64,000 nt of DNA from Narcine bancroftii (lineage: Eukaryota): assembly GCF_036971445.1 (NCBI RefSeq), contig NC_091471.1, positions 348,688,001 to 348,752,000 of the forward strand. The letters are read 5' to 3'. The translations under genes and the position numbers were made by a program. Position 1 is the first letter of the stretch, and each line of letters starts with the position of its first letter. This document shows positions 63,811-64,000 of the stretch, piece by piece. The notes under the pieces were generated by a model. It worked only from the letters and a program-made list of their open reading frames with translations, made no database searches and had not been told where the DNA came from.

Positions 63811-64000
63811 TGCTCTCCACTGGCTGCTCTGCTTGAGCTACCCCTCTTTTTATTTGTCACTGCCCCATATCTTTATTACCCCTCCAACCAACTTCTGTTC
63901 TGTTTAACCCTTAACTTGCCATCCTTTCCCTTTTAAACTGCACTCATCTTCATCTGGTTCCCAACACTCATACCTTGTCTGAGTTCCTCACTCTTCCTCT

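Overview
This is repeat-dense vertebrate genomic DNA, most likely from a cartilaginous fish (ray, skate or shark). That assignment is inferred from the mix of CR1 LINEs, V-SINE/HE1-like SINEs, Rex1/Babar, Penelope-like ends and RTE LINEs. One host protein-coding sequence is clearly recognisable: SMIM36 (13754..14035, +). There is also a CpG-island promoter near 60.1-60.5 kb and a candidate unidentified exon at about 22.9-23.3 kb. Most of the rest is nested, mostly decayed mobile DNA. It includes four RTE LINE 3' copies with exact 9-11 bp TSDs, an RT-less L1, an intron-containing Harbinger element, a chimeric or nested Ty3/Gypsy pair, at least five solo LTRs, hAT MITEs (one a composite dimer, one carrying unexplained ORF-like cargo and a promoter), Penelope-like ends with hammerhead-ribozyme relics, a ~480 bp foldback and several tandem arrays. 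Nearly all ORFs in the supplied track are spurious or antisense/decayed pieces of these elements. I see no convincing wholly new system. The best leads are the cargo-carrying hAT element, the unidentified TAG-interrupted exon and the post-stop intron of SMIM36. Boundaries of decayed elements are approximate unless a TSD is quoted.
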